64,000 bases of DNA from an uncultured Candidatus Poseidoniales archaeon (GTDB lineage Archaea > Thermoplasmatota > Poseidoniia > Poseidoniales > Thalassarchaeaceae), in NCBI GenBank assembly GCA_964013425.1, contig CAXGWC010000003.1:50-64049 (forward strand), in the 5' to 3' direction. This document shows positions 53,938 to 63,414 of this stretch, in pieces (position 1 is the stretch's first letter; every line of letters begins with the position of its first letter). Below the pieces are notes generated by a model. The model was given only the letters and a program-made list of their open reading frames with translations, was not told the DNA's origin and made no database searches. The translations under genes and the position numbers were made by a program.

Positions 53938-54699
53938 TTATTCCTCCGTCTCAAAGACGACGTCCCTACTCCTAGATAAGAATCGTTCACCGGAATCTGC
54001 ATAAATTATCTGACCAGTTACTGACTTGGCCGACATGAGATAAACTACGGCCTCTGCAATATCTGATGCCGAGGGGCCGGATTGCAATGGGGATTGAGAT
54101 TGTGCCTTCTCAAAGCCCTGAATTGTTTGCTCTGGACTTGGTAGCGTGTGGCCGGGAGCCACAGCATTTACCCTAATCGAAGGGGCCAAACCCCTGGCAA
54201 GTGTCTCAGTCAATCCGGCCATGGCGAAACGCGAGGCGGTATAAGACAGATAATCCGGGTTTGGCTGGGAGATCTTTTGATCCAGGATGTTGACCACCGA
54301 ACCTACCTTACCTGATGGAAGATTTCGACTAAGCTCTGAGATAAGTAAAGTGGGCGAAAGGGCGTTGACATGCATGTGTCGATTCCAAGATTCCATTGTA
54401 ACGTTGGAAATATCATCGAACCTGAATAATGAGGCATTATTTACAACTCCTGATACTGGACCCAGTTCATGTTTGATTTCTTCGAATAATTTAGCCGGCA
54501 TGGATTGATCCAATAAGTCTCCAGAAAAACAGGCAGCCTTACCTCCTCTGGAGTTGATAATGTCTGCTAAATCAGACGCCTCATTTTCCGAAGAATTGTA
54601 GTGTATTGCTATAGTGTACCCGGACTCGGAAAGGCTCAAGCAGATCTCTCTTCCAATCCTCACTGCGCCTCCTGTGACCAATATGACAGGTGCGTCCAT
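53938..54699 (-). CDS. Short-chain dehydrogenase/reductase, pteridine-reductase-like
   Basis: From ATG 54699: MDAPVILVTGGAVRIGREI (TGxxxRxG cofactor motif), then NNAS, and YTASRFAMAGLTETLARGLAP (Y-x3-R where Y-x3-K is expected). The track ORF starts at TTG 54750. Confidence 0.7.
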   Translation of the reverse strand: MDAPVILVTGGAVRIGREICLSLSESGYTIAIHYNSSENEASDLADIINSRGGKAACFSGDLLDQSMPAKLFEEIKHELGPVSGVVNNASLFRFDDISNVTMESWNRHMHVNALSPTLLISELSRNLPSGKVGSVVNILDQKISQPNPDYLSYTASRFAMAGLTETLARGLAPSIRVNAVAPGHTLPSPEQTIQGFEKAQSQSPLQSGPSASDIAEAVVYLMSAKSVTGQIIYADSGERFLSRSRDVVFETEE

Positions 54700-54798
54700 G
54701 GCCTCGGGAAGAGTTTCACTCCTATTACGGGTTGTATTGAACAACCCCAAAGGGGTCTATGAGAACGATTAACTCCGTACCTCTATGCGGTACATACG

Positions 54799-55857
54799 AT
54801 GGCGACGCGACTACCGACCGTTGACTCATCTCAAATTACTACAAATTCCTGTTCTGGAACTCCTGTCGAGAGGGCTAAAGATATTGTACCAAGGGAGAGG
54901 AAAAGACTTCCGAATTGGTTCAAGACCAGTCTTCCGATTGGAAAGTCCCAGTCCGTTTACAATAGTACCATGGCTAGTGTCAAGGATAACGACCTGAACA
55001 CTGTTTGCGTTGAGGCAAGATGCCCCAATATCCATGATTGCTGGGGAAGGGGAACTGCAACTTTCATGATTGCCGGGGATGTTTGTACAAGGGGTTGTAG
55101 ATTCTGTGCCGTCAATACTGCGAAAACCCCTCCTCCATTGAACCCTGATGAGCCAGAAGATCTTGCGACTGCGATTGAGAGCATGGGAATAAATCATGCA
55201 GTTATTACCGTTGTCAACAGAGACGACCTGCCCGATGGGGGGGCGAATCACTACAGGGAATGTATAATGGCAGTTCACGATAGATGTCCAGATGTAGGAA
55301 TTGAGTTACTTTGCTCCGACCTCGACGGTAACTTAGAATCTCTAAAAACACTGCTGAATGGATTGCCTATTCGTGTTTTTGCTCACAATGTTGAGTGTGT
55401 TCCAAGGCTAGACAAGATTGTTAGAGACAGAAGAGCCTCATTTTCACAATCTTTGGAAATTCTCTCTGAGGCCAAGAATTTGCGTCCAGATCTGAAGACT
55501 AAGACCAGTATCATGGTGGGCATAGGAGAGACTGACTCTGAGGTGATTGAAGCGATGGAGATGATTAGATCCTCGGAAGTTGATATGATTACTCTAGGTC
55601 AGTATCTCCAACCTGGTGAGCGTCATTTGCCCGTCGATAGATTCCCTGAGCCATCTCAATTCGCTGATTGGGACAAGGAAGCTAGAGAGATGGGGTTCTC
55701 TGCCGTTGCCAGTGGCCCCCTAGTGAGGTCTAGCTATCGCGCTGGACTTCTTTGGGAGGAGGCCATGGGCTTGGAGCCAATAGTTACCAGAGAGTCAACT
55801 GGTTCAGCGGTTAGTCACCTTACGTTTTCACGGGCTGAAGGAGGCCAAAAGATATGA
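54799..55857 (+). CDS. lipA: Lipoyl synthase (radical SAM)
   Basis: Auxiliary-cluster motif CEARCPNIHDCW, radical-SAM motif CTRGCRFCAV, and a C-terminal RSSYRAG-type motif (VRSSYRAG). Confidence 0.9.
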   Translation: MATRLPTVDSSQITTNSCSGTPVERAKDIVPRERKRLPNWFKTSLPIGKSQSVYNSTMASVKDNDLNTVCVEARCPNIHDCWGRGTATFMIAGDVCTRGCRFCAVNTAKTPPPLNPDEPEDLATAIESMGINHAVITVVNRDDLPDGGANHYRECIMAVHDRCPDVGIELLCSDLDGNLESLKTLLNGLPIRVFAHNVECVPRLDKIVRDRRASFSQSLEILSEAKNLRPDLKTKTSIMVGIGETDSEVIEAMEMIRSSEVDMITLGQYLQPGERHLPVDRFPEPSQFADWDKEAREMGFSAVASGPLVRSSYRAGLLWEEAMGLEPIVTRESTGSAVSHLTFSRAEGGQKI

Positions 55858-55879
55858 GTGTTGAAAGGGTGTATGAACC

Positions 55880-57121
55880 ATGAGCGGGGGAAACGGGGCG
55901 GACCCACTTCACGTTCCCGATGCACCACATAGGCCAGGGGATGAAGCTGGTTTCGTTGAATGGCCATGGTCCCCAGGGGATTTGGAAAAGCCAAACATAG
56001 ATTGTGATGCTCCTGAAACTACCTCACTCGCAGAGGGGCTAGTGAGGGTTCTTGGCGATGATAATAAGGCCTCAGGGAATTGGGATCCAAAGCTCTCCGT
56101 AGAAGAGATGATATCGGGACTTGAGCATATGATGAGGCTTCGAATATTCGATGACAGAATGATGAAAATGCAGAGAACTGGTAAGCTCTCATTTTACATG
56201 CGATCTTACGGAGAGGAGGCGGTTGCTATTGCTCAGACAATGGCCCTTAAAGAACAAGACTGGCTATTCCCAACTTACAGACAGCCAGGTGCACAATTCG
56301 TCAGAGGAAGGGACATGATTAGTATGATTTGCCATTGCATTGGTAACGAAATGGATAATGTCAAAGGTAGACAAATGCCTGTTCACTATACTTACAGGGA
56401 CGGACGATTCATTTCTGTTTCAAGTCCTGTTGGGACACAGTTTAGCCAGGCCGTTGGAGTAGCTTTGGCTTCTGATTACAAGGGACTTGACGAAGTCACG
56501 ATTACATGGATTGGCGATGGCGCTAGTGCGGAGGGGGACTATCATTACGCGTTGAATTTTGCCAGTATCTTTCAAGCACCAGTGATACTGAACGTTGTTA
56601 ACAATCAATGGGCAATCTCCACACACAAAAATTTCGCAAGTAAAAATGGTAATTTTGCTGTCAGGGGACTGCCACATGGAATTCCCAGTATACGTGTTGA
56701 CGGGAATGATTTCTTGGCCCTTTATTCTGTTACTGCTTGGGCTAGAGAAAGAGCATCTGTAGGACTAGGGCCTACTCACATAGAAGTCTTGACATATCGC
56801 GCAGGAGCCCATAGCAGTAGCGATGATCCATCCAGATATAGGCCGTCCGATGTCCACTCACTTTGGCCTGGAGGGGATCCCATATATCGCCTTAGAGACC
56901 ATCTCAAAGAGATAGGAGTATGGTCAGACGAAGAACATCGAAAGCTATCCGAAAAAATAGACTCAGAGGTGATGGCGGCATACAAAGAAGCTGTCAAATT
57001 TGGAGATTTAGCTAATGGCCCGTATCCATCATCTGACGCGATTTTCACAGAAGTTTATGAGAACCCTCCCTGGCATCTAAAAGAACAGTGGGATGAAATG
57101 AAGAAATGGAGGGATTCATGA
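55880..57121 (+). CDS. 2-oxoacid dehydrogenase E1 component, alpha subunit (TPP-dependent, branched-chain/pyruvate type)
   Basis: TPP-binding motif GDGASAEGDYHYALNFASIFQAPVILNVVNNQWAIST, followed by YRAGAHSSSDDPSRYR. Confidence 0.85.
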   Translation: MSGGNGADPLHVPDAPHRPGDEAGFVEWPWSPGDLEKPNIDCDAPETTSLAEGLVRVLGDDNKASGNWDPKLSVEEMISGLEHMMRLRIFDDRMMKMQRTGKLSFYMRSYGEEAVAIAQTMALKEQDWLFPTYRQPGAQFVRGRDMISMICHCIGNEMDNVKGRQMPVHYTYRDGRFISVSSPVGTQFSQAVGVALASDYKGLDEVTITWIGDGASAEGDYHYALNFASIFQAPVILNVVNNQWAISTHKNFASKNGNFAVRGLPHGIPSIRVDGNDFLALYSVTAWARERASVGLGPTHIEVLTYRAGAHSSSDDPSRYRPSDVHSLWPGGDPIYRLRDHLKEIGVWSDEEHRKLSEKIDSEVMAAYKEAVKFGDLANGPYPSSDAIFTEVYENPPWHLKEQWDEMKKWRDS

Positions 57122-58131
57122 TGCCTAACATGAATATGGTAGAATCAGTAAATAATGCCTTGGACACAATGCTCTCAAAGGATAACGATGTCATAATGTT
57201 CGGTGAAGATATTGGATACTTTGGCGGTGTTTTCAGAACCTGTGATGGCCTGCAAGAGAAGCACGGAAAACATAGGGTATTTGATTCTCCACTTTCAGAG
57301 GGAGGAATTGCGGCTACAGCTTTCGGGATGGGGATTAATGGACTCAGGCCTGTTGTTGAGATTCAATTCGCTGACTATATATTCCCTGCTTACGATCAGA
57401 TAGTTAACGAGATGGCCAAGGTCAGACATCGTTCTGGGGGAGAGTTCTGGTGTCCTGTAACCATAAGGACCCCTGCAGGAGGTGGAATCAGAGGTGGCCA
57501 CCATCACTCACAATCACCTGAGGCACAGTTTACTCACACGCCAGGACTCAAAGTTGTTTATTGCTCAACCCCTTACAATGCCAAGGGGCTGTTGATAAGC
57601 GCCATAGAGGATAATGATCCAGTTATTTTCTTCGAGCCCAAGAGATGCTACAGAGGACCTTTCTATGGGGATCCACACAATGTCCCGACTTGGGCCGGGC
57701 ATCCAGAGGCAGAGGTTCCTGAATCCCATTATTCGATTCCCCTGGGCGAGGCTCGATTGGCTATGGAGGGTGACAGGTGTACGGTAATCTCTTGGGGTGC
57801 GATGGTTCATGTTTGCGAGCAGGCAATCAGGGATAGTGGGATATCTTGCGATCTAATTGATCTCCAAACTCTGGTCCCATGGGATAGAGAAGCTGTAGTC
57901 TCATCGATTCAAAAGACTGGTAGGTGCGTAATCGTTCATGAGGCTCCAAAAACTAGTGGATTCGGAGCTGAAATGGCTGCTTCTATCCAGGAGCGGTGCT
58001 TTTGGAGTCTTGAATCCCCCATAGAGAGGGTGACTGGATGGGACACTCCTTTTCCCCATACTACTGAATGGGATTACATGCCCGGTCCAGGCAGAGTGGC
58101 CGCGGCGATAGCGAAAACACAGGAGGATTAA
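57118..58131 (+). CDS. 2-oxoacid dehydrogenase E1 component, beta subunit
   Basis: MMPNMNMVESVNNALDTML...GEDIGYFGGVFRTCDGLQEKHG..RVFDSPLSE. Its ATG overlaps the E1alpha stop (ATGA), and GGAGGGA lies upstream. Confidence 0.9.
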   Translation: MMPNMNMVESVNNALDTMLSKDNDVIMFGEDIGYFGGVFRTCDGLQEKHGKHRVFDSPLSEGGIAATAFGMGINGLRPVVEIQFADYIFPAYDQIVNEMAKVRHRSGGEFWCPVTIRTPAGGGIRGGHHHSQSPEAQFTHTPGLKVVYCSTPYNAKGLLISAIEDNDPVIFFEPKRCYRGPFYGDPHNVPTWAGHPEAEVPESHYSIPLGEARLAMEGDRCTVISWGAMVHVCEQAIRDSGISCDLIDLQTLVPWDREAVVSSIQKTGRCVIVHEAPKTSGFGAEMAASIQERCFWSLESPIERVTGWDTPFPHTTEWDYMPGPGRVAAAIAKTQED

Positions 58132-58132
58132 C

Positions 58133-59419
58133 ATGGCGAAATATGATTTCAAGCTACCCGACATAGGAGAAGGAGTCGTGGAGGGTGAAGTAGTCACTTG
58201 GCACGTATCCGTAGGGGATTCAGTTTCTGAGGATGACCCCATTGTTGATGTCATGACTGATAAGGCCACTGTAACTATTCCGTCCCCGACAGATGGCACT
58301 GTTCTGTCCCTCAATGGAGAGGTAGGAGACATGATTGCTGTTGGTTCCGTGCTGATAGAGTTCGATACCGACGGAACTGTTTCCGAAACCCCCAATGATG
58401 CTGAAGAGCCAGAAGTAGTTGAAGAAGAGGAGCCGGAAGAAGAAAAGAAGCCGCCCACGAAAGTCGAAAAGAAAGCAGAGGTAAAAGCTCCTGAAATTTC
58501 GAAGCCGATTGAACGGCCGGCTCCCGAAATACCTGTGTCTAGTTCCAAAACAGTGCTAGCCAGCCCGGCTGTCAGAAGAAGAGCCAGAGAATCGGGAATA
58601 GATCTTTCATCATTGAACGGCAGTGGCCCAGCTGGAAGAATTAGACATGCGGACATAGATGCCTTCGTTGCGGGAGGAGGAGCCATAATGGGAGCTCCAC
58701 CTGTGGCATACTCTACGAAGAGGAACGGCATTAGTGAGGTCAAAATTGTTGGTCTCAGGAGGAAGATTTCCGAGCAGATGGTCAAGAGTGCGTTTTCAAT
58801 ACCTCATTTCTCATATTTTGAGGAGGTTGACGTTACGGAGCTTGAAGCATTGAGGCAGGCACTGAATGCTAGTCGTGGCGAGGATCAGCCGAAACTTACG
58901 TACTTGCCTTTCATTATGCTAGCCCTAGCTAAGATTATGCCAGAACATCCTGAATGTAATGGATACTTCTATGATGAAGAGGGAGTAGTCCATCGTCATG
59001 AGGCCGTAAACTTGGGAATAGCCACACAGACAGATAGAGGACTGTACGTTCCAGTAGTCAAGAATGTCGAGGCCATGGACGTCTGGCAGGCGGCAAGCGA
59101 CCTGATCCGTGTTTCGGGAGCTGCGAGAACGGGGACAGCTAGTCTCGATGACCTAACAGGTTCCACTTTCACAATTACCAGTCTTGGAAGAGAAGGGGGG
59201 CTTGGTGCGACACCAATAATTAATCATCCAGAGATGGCCATATTGGGGGTGCACAAAGCCAGAGATATGCCAGTTGTCAGAAGCGGAAATATCGAAGTCA
59301 GGAGAATCATGAATCTCTCCAGCTCATTCGATCATAGAGTGATCGATGGAGCAAATGGAGCTAGCCTTATTCAGCATCTGAAAAGAATGCTAGAGTATCC
59401 TGCTATGATATTCATGTGA
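58133..59419 (+). CDS. Dihydrolipoamide acyltransferase (E2)
   Basis: One lipoyl domain (VMTDKATVTIPSP), a Pro/Glu/Lys linker, a subunit-binding domain (ASPAVRRRARESGIDLSSLNGSGPAGRI), and a catalytic domain with DHRVIDGA. Confidence 0.9.
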   Translation: MAKYDFKLPDIGEGVVEGEVVTWHVSVGDSVSEDDPIVDVMTDKATVTIPSPTDGTVLSLNGEVGDMIAVGSVLIEFDTDGTVSETPNDAEEPEVVEEEEPEEEKKPPTKVEKKAEVKAPEISKPIERPAPEIPVSSSKTVLASPAVRRRARESGIDLSSLNGSGPAGRIRHADIDAFVAGGGAIMGAPPVAYSTKRNGISEVKIVGLRRKISEQMVKSAFSIPHFSYFEEVDVTELEALRQALNASRGEDQPKLTYLPFIMLALAKIMPEHPECNGYFYDEEGVVHRHEAVNLGIATQTDRGLYVPVVKNVEAMDVWQAASDLIRVSGAARTGTASLDDLTGSTFTITSLGREGGLGATPIINHPEMAILGVHKARDMPVVRSGNIEVRRIMNLSSSFDHRVIDGANGASLIQHLKRMLEYPAMIFM

Positions 59420-59425
59420 GGTGAC

Positions 59426-60865
59426 ATGATGACTGAAATTAGAAAATGTCAAGTCTTGATTATTGGCGCAGGACCTGGTGGTTATGTAGCTGGGATTAGG
59501 GCCGGTCAGCTCGGCCTTGATACCATTGTCGTAGAAGGAGATAAATCAGGGGGGACCTGTCTAATCAGAGGTTGCATTCCTAGTAAGGCCATGATACATG
59601 CGGCTGAAAGATTTGAGTCACTTTCGAAGCATAGTTCCGAGAATGGACATATGGGCATCACGATATCATCTGAACCAGTGCTGGATATGCCATCACTCAT
59701 CTCTTGGAAGGATTCAATTGTAGAGCGTTTGAATAAAGGTGTGGAATCTCTGTTGAAGGGAGCTGGTGTAGATTTAGTAAGGGGATGGGCGACTTTCACC
59801 GGCCCTAAGAGGTGTACTGTAAAAACATCAGAAGGCGATATAGAAATTGAGGCTGAGAACGTAATTATAGCAACTGGATCTAGTCACATAGACCTTCCCT
59901 TCATGCCTTGTGATGAGGAGTTCATACTCTCCTCAACAGGAGCTCTTGAGTTAGATTCCTTACCCTCAAAGGTTGCCATAGTTGGAGGTGGTTATATTGG
60001 GTTAGAGCTCGGGTGCGCACTTTCTAAATTAGGCTCAGAGGTAACGGTAATTGAGGGGATGGACTGTGTATTAGGAATATTCGACAAGGAGCTCCGAAGG
60101 CCTCTGGAGATATGGCTGAAGAAGCATGGAGTCTCTATCCATACTAACTCTCTGGCAAAGAGTGCCGAGGTTAAGGGGAGAGGCGCCTCAAAGAAAGTCG
60201 AGCTCTCTTTCGAAAAGGATGGTGAGCTTCAATCGATTAAGGTTGACAAGGTATTGGTAACTGTTGGAAGGAAGCCAAATACCAAGGATTGGGGATTAGA
60301 GACTATGGGAGTAAGAATGGATCACTCCGGACGATTCATCAGAATTGACAGACAATGCAGGACAAATGTCCCCGGTGTTTTCGCAATCGGTGACGTTTCT
60401 GGAGAGCCAATGCTGGCACACAAGGCTAGTTCGCAGGGGGAGATGGTAGCTGAGATTATTTCAGGATTAAACCGGGAGTTTGACAAGATTGCTATCCCTG
60501 CCATCGTTTTCACTGAACCTGAGATAGTTTCTGTGGGTCTGATGCCTGATGAAGCTAAAGAGAGAGGCGAGGAGATAATTGTTGGGAAGTTTCCACTAGC
60601 CGCAAACGGTAGAGCTCTTACTCTTGAAGCAGAGAAAACAGGCGGATTTATCAGAGTTGTAGCTCGAGATTCTGACCATGTCATACTAGGAATACAGGCA
60701 GTAGGCAGTCATGTAGCTGAACTCCACGGAGAGTTTGTACTAGCTCTGGAGATGGGCGCACTCTTGGAGGATATTGCCGATACAGTGCACGCTCATCCGA
60801 CCATGACAGAGGCGTTCCACGAAAGCGTTCTGAAATCTCTGGGACACGCTATCCATTCAGCATGA
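59426..60865 (+). CDS. lpdA: Dihydrolipoyl dehydrogenase (E3)
   Basis: FAD motif IIGAGPGGY, redox disulfide GGTCLIRGCIPSK, NAD motif VGGGYIGLE, and C-terminal HAHPTMTE. Confidence 0.9.
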   Translation: MMTEIRKCQVLIIGAGPGGYVAGIRAGQLGLDTIVVEGDKSGGTCLIRGCIPSKAMIHAAERFESLSKHSSENGHMGITISSEPVLDMPSLISWKDSIVERLNKGVESLLKGAGVDLVRGWATFTGPKRCTVKTSEGDIEIEAENVIIATGSSHIDLPFMPCDEEFILSSTGALELDSLPSKVAIVGGGYIGLELGCALSKLGSEVTVIEGMDCVLGIFDKELRRPLEIWLKKHGVSIHTNSLAKSAEVKGRGASKKVELSFEKDGELQSIKVDKVLVTVGRKPNTKDWGLETMGVRMDHSGRFIRIDRQCRTNVPGVFAIGDVSGEPMLAHKASSQGEMVAEIISGLNREFDKIAIPAIVFTEPEIVSVGLMPDEAKERGEEIIVGKFPLAANGRALTLEAEKTGGFIRVVARDSDHVILGIQAVGSHVAELHGEFVLALEMGALLEDIADTVHAHPTMTEAFHESVLKSLGHAIHSA

Positions 60866-60874
60866 GGTGGATTC

Positions 60875-61543
60875 TTGTCGGAGATAAAAATACTCCATCT
60901 CGGAGTGGAGGAGTATTCTACAGTTTTTGAGAAGATGAAAAAATTACAAGAAAGAAGAATCGAGGATGAAATAACGGATACTCTGATTTTCGTTATTCAT
61001 CCAGAGGTTGTCACCTTGGGTCCAAAGGCAGTAAGGGATGGAGTGGAGATTGAAGATTACCAGATATTTGAGACAGATAGAGGAGGGGGGGCAACATGGC
61101 ATGGGCCTGGACAACTAGTTGTCTATCCAATAATTAAATGGGAAGGAGAGTTCCAAAGTGTCAGAGCAGTGATATCCCTATTGGAGGATTGGGCAATATC
61201 GGCTTTCGAAGTATGTGGCATTGAGTCCTACAAAGATAAAGCGATGCAAGGAGTATGGGTCGATGGACACAAAATTTGTTCCATTGGGCTTTCTTTCTTT
61301 AAGTGGGTGAGTAGGCATGGTATGTCAATTAATGTGAATACACCGGGTTCCAGACTGGAGAGGGTCTCTGGATGTGGCATGCAGGAAGGAACCCATACTT
61401 GTCTACACAAGCTCGGATATTGTTTCGATAAGGAAGGGGATAAGATTGATGTCAAAAGAATTGAGGATGCATTTTTTGAGACATGTGAGAAAATCCTAGG
61501 CAGGGTTCCTAGTTATTGTACGAGCGAGGACATGAGGACTTAG
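60875..61543 (+). CDS. lipB: Lipoyl(octanoyl) transferase
   Basis: Motifs: HPEVVTLG, RGGGATWHGPGQLVVYPI, KICSIG. A TTG start is supported by GAGGTGG (60864-60870) 4 nt upstream and by the conserved N-terminal IKILHLGVEEY. Confidence 0.75.
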   Translation: MSEIKILHLGVEEYSTVFEKMKKLQERRIEDEITDTLIFVIHPEVVTLGPKAVRDGVEIEDYQIFETDRGGGATWHGPGQLVVYPIIKWEGEFQSVRAVISLLEDWAISAFEVCGIESYKDKAMQGVWVDGHKICSIGLSFFKWVSRHGMSINVNTPGSRLERVSGCGMQEGTHTCLHKLGYCFDKEGDKIDVKRIEDAFFETCEKILGRVPSYCTSEDMRT

Positions 61544-61544
61544 A

Positions 61545-62738
61545 ATGATTCCAGAGAAAGGCCCACTTGCTAGACTATGGGGATTAGAACCCAATACAGT
61601 CTTCCTAAACCATGGATCATTCGGTGCATCTCCCATTGCTGTTCGTGAAGAACAGGATAGAATCAGAAATGAAATGGAGGAAGACCCGGTATATTTTGTA
61701 GAGAGGAAAATGAAAAATCTATGGGAAGAGTCTATTTTTGAGCTATCCAGATTCCTAAATGCGGATCCGGAAGGTATGGTCTTCGTTACCAATGCGACAA
61801 TGGGAGTAAATACTGTACTCAGATCTCTAAAACTTTCACCGGGAGATGAAATTATTGTTCCGGATCATGCATATCAGGCTTGTAAGAATGCGATTGATTT
61901 CGTCACCGGGAGATCTGGAGCGAGGACAGTAATTGTGCGGATTCCTTTCCGGGTGGTCGATGAATCCGAAATCGTTGAGCCAATTTTGTCTGCAGTAACC
62001 AGCAGAACCGTATTAGCAATGATAGATACTGTTTCTAGCCCTACGGGCGTGAGAATGCCATTTGAGAGCCTAGTGTATCAACTACAAAACAGGGGTGTCG
62101 ATGTCCTAGTTGATGCTGCTCATGGACCTGGAATTGTTCCTCTCGATATCAGTAAGTTGAATCCGGCTTACATAACTGGAAATTGCCACAAGTGGTTATG
62201 TACCCCGAAGGGCTCAGCTTTTCTGCATATTAGGGAAGACAAGCGGATGAAAATTAGGCCACTTAACATAGGTCATGGCTATTCAAGTGATTTACCCGTA
62301 GCAGAGAAATTCCGTTTTGAATTTGACTGGTCGGGTACACGGGACCCTAGTCCCTGGCTGTGTATTCCATTCTCTATTGGGTACTTGGGAAGTCAGATCA
62401 GAGGAGGTTGGGAGGGGATAATGACGAAGAACAAGAAGATGATACTTCAAGGTAGAGAGCTTCTATGCGACGCCCTGGGGACCACACCCCCGACACCAGA
62501 TTACATGATTTCTTCGATGTCATCAGTTGAGTTCCCATGGGAGGGTGAAGTCCTCCCCCCTCCACAGGATGGTGAACCCACCCATAACTTACTTTATGAT
62601 GAATACAGGATTCAAGTACCGGTGATTTCATGGCCTGTTCATAGTACCAAATACATCAGGATCTCAGCTCATATTTACAACACTAAGGAGGAGTATGAAT
62701 ATCTCTCAGAATCGCTAAAATCAATATTAGGGAGTTAG
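61545..62738 (+). CDS. Class V PLP-dependent enzyme (isopenicillin-N epimerase / L-cysteine desulfhydrase-like)
   Basis: LNHGSFGASP N-terminal motif, TNATMGVN, DAAHGPG, and the PLP-lysine region GNCHKWLCTPKGSAFL. It starts 2 nt after the lipB stop. Confidence 0.75.
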   Translation: MIPEKGPLARLWGLEPNTVFLNHGSFGASPIAVREEQDRIRNEMEEDPVYFVERKMKNLWEESIFELSRFLNADPEGMVFVTNATMGVNTVLRSLKLSPGDEIIVPDHAYQACKNAIDFVTGRSGARTVIVRIPFRVVDESEIVEPILSAVTSRTVLAMIDTVSSPTGVRMPFESLVYQLQNRGVDVLVDAAHGPGIVPLDISKLNPAYITGNCHKWLCTPKGSAFLHIREDKRMKIRPLNIGHGYSSDLPVAEKFRFEFDWSGTRDPSPWLCIPFSIGYLGSQIRGGWEGIMTKNKKMILQGRELLCDALGTTPPTPDYMISSMSSVEFPWEGEVLPPPQDGEPTHNLLYDEYRIQVPVISWPVHSTKYIRISAHIYNTKEEYEYLSESLKSILGS

Positions 62739-62774
62739 GCAACCATTGAAGGCATGTAGCATTGCCGGCTAACC

Positions 62775-63353
62775 ATGCCTAGTGCAGTTGTAGCGATAAC
62801 TGGGGCCTCGGGTGCCCGCTATGGAGTTAGGTTAGTCGAGCAGCTGAGTCTAGCTGGATGGGAAATTGATCTCATAATAAGTAAAGCCGGTAAAATCAAC
62901 CTCAAACTTGAGTGTGGAATAGGGGCGGCAGAGCTCGATGAAGTTGAGGGTGTCTCAATACACAATAACGCGAATCTTGCAGCCAGACCGGCCTCCGGAT
63001 CAGCATTGTATGATGCCTATGTAATCTGTCCAGCTAGCGGAACGACCATAGGAAAAATTGGAGCAGGAATATCCGATAATCTATCAACCAGAAGCGCTCT
63101 TGTTGCTATCAAGGAGAGAAGGAAGCTGATTATTGTGCCAAGGGAAACTCCATCGCCCACACCTCACCTAGAAGCTATGGCAAAGATGTCCTCGTGGGGA
63201 GTTGTCATATTACCAGCGAATCCGGGATTCTACAATTCACCAGAGTCAATTGATGACTTAATCGACTTCGTCGTGGCTAGAATTTTGGATCAGATGGGGG
63301 TGTCACACACTCTCGGCAGGAGATGGACCGGTGATGAAGCAACACTTGAGTAA
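62775..63353 (+). CDS. ubiX: Flavin prenyltransferase UbiX
   Basis: ITGASGARYGVRLVEQL, ICPASGTTIGKIGAGISDNL, LIIVPRETP. Confidence 0.85.
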   Translation: MPSAVVAITGASGARYGVRLVEQLSLAGWEIDLIISKAGKINLKLECGIGAAELDEVEGVSIHNNANLAARPASGSALYDAYVICPASGTTIGKIGAGISDNLSTRSALVAIKERRKLIIVPRETPSPTPHLEAMAKMSSWGVVILPANPGFYNSPESIDDLIDFVVARILDQMGVSHTLGRRWTGDEATLE

Positions 63354-63414
63354 TCGAGTTATTTTCAGATAATCTCCAGAATGGGTTCAATAGTCAGCGT
63401 GAACTAAGAATAGC

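Noticed and set aside
57901-58785. 294-aa minus-strand ORF
   Set aside because: It lies entirely antisense to the E1beta/E2 genes, which have unmistakable motifs. Its product is Ser/Thr/Gly-rich shadow sequence.
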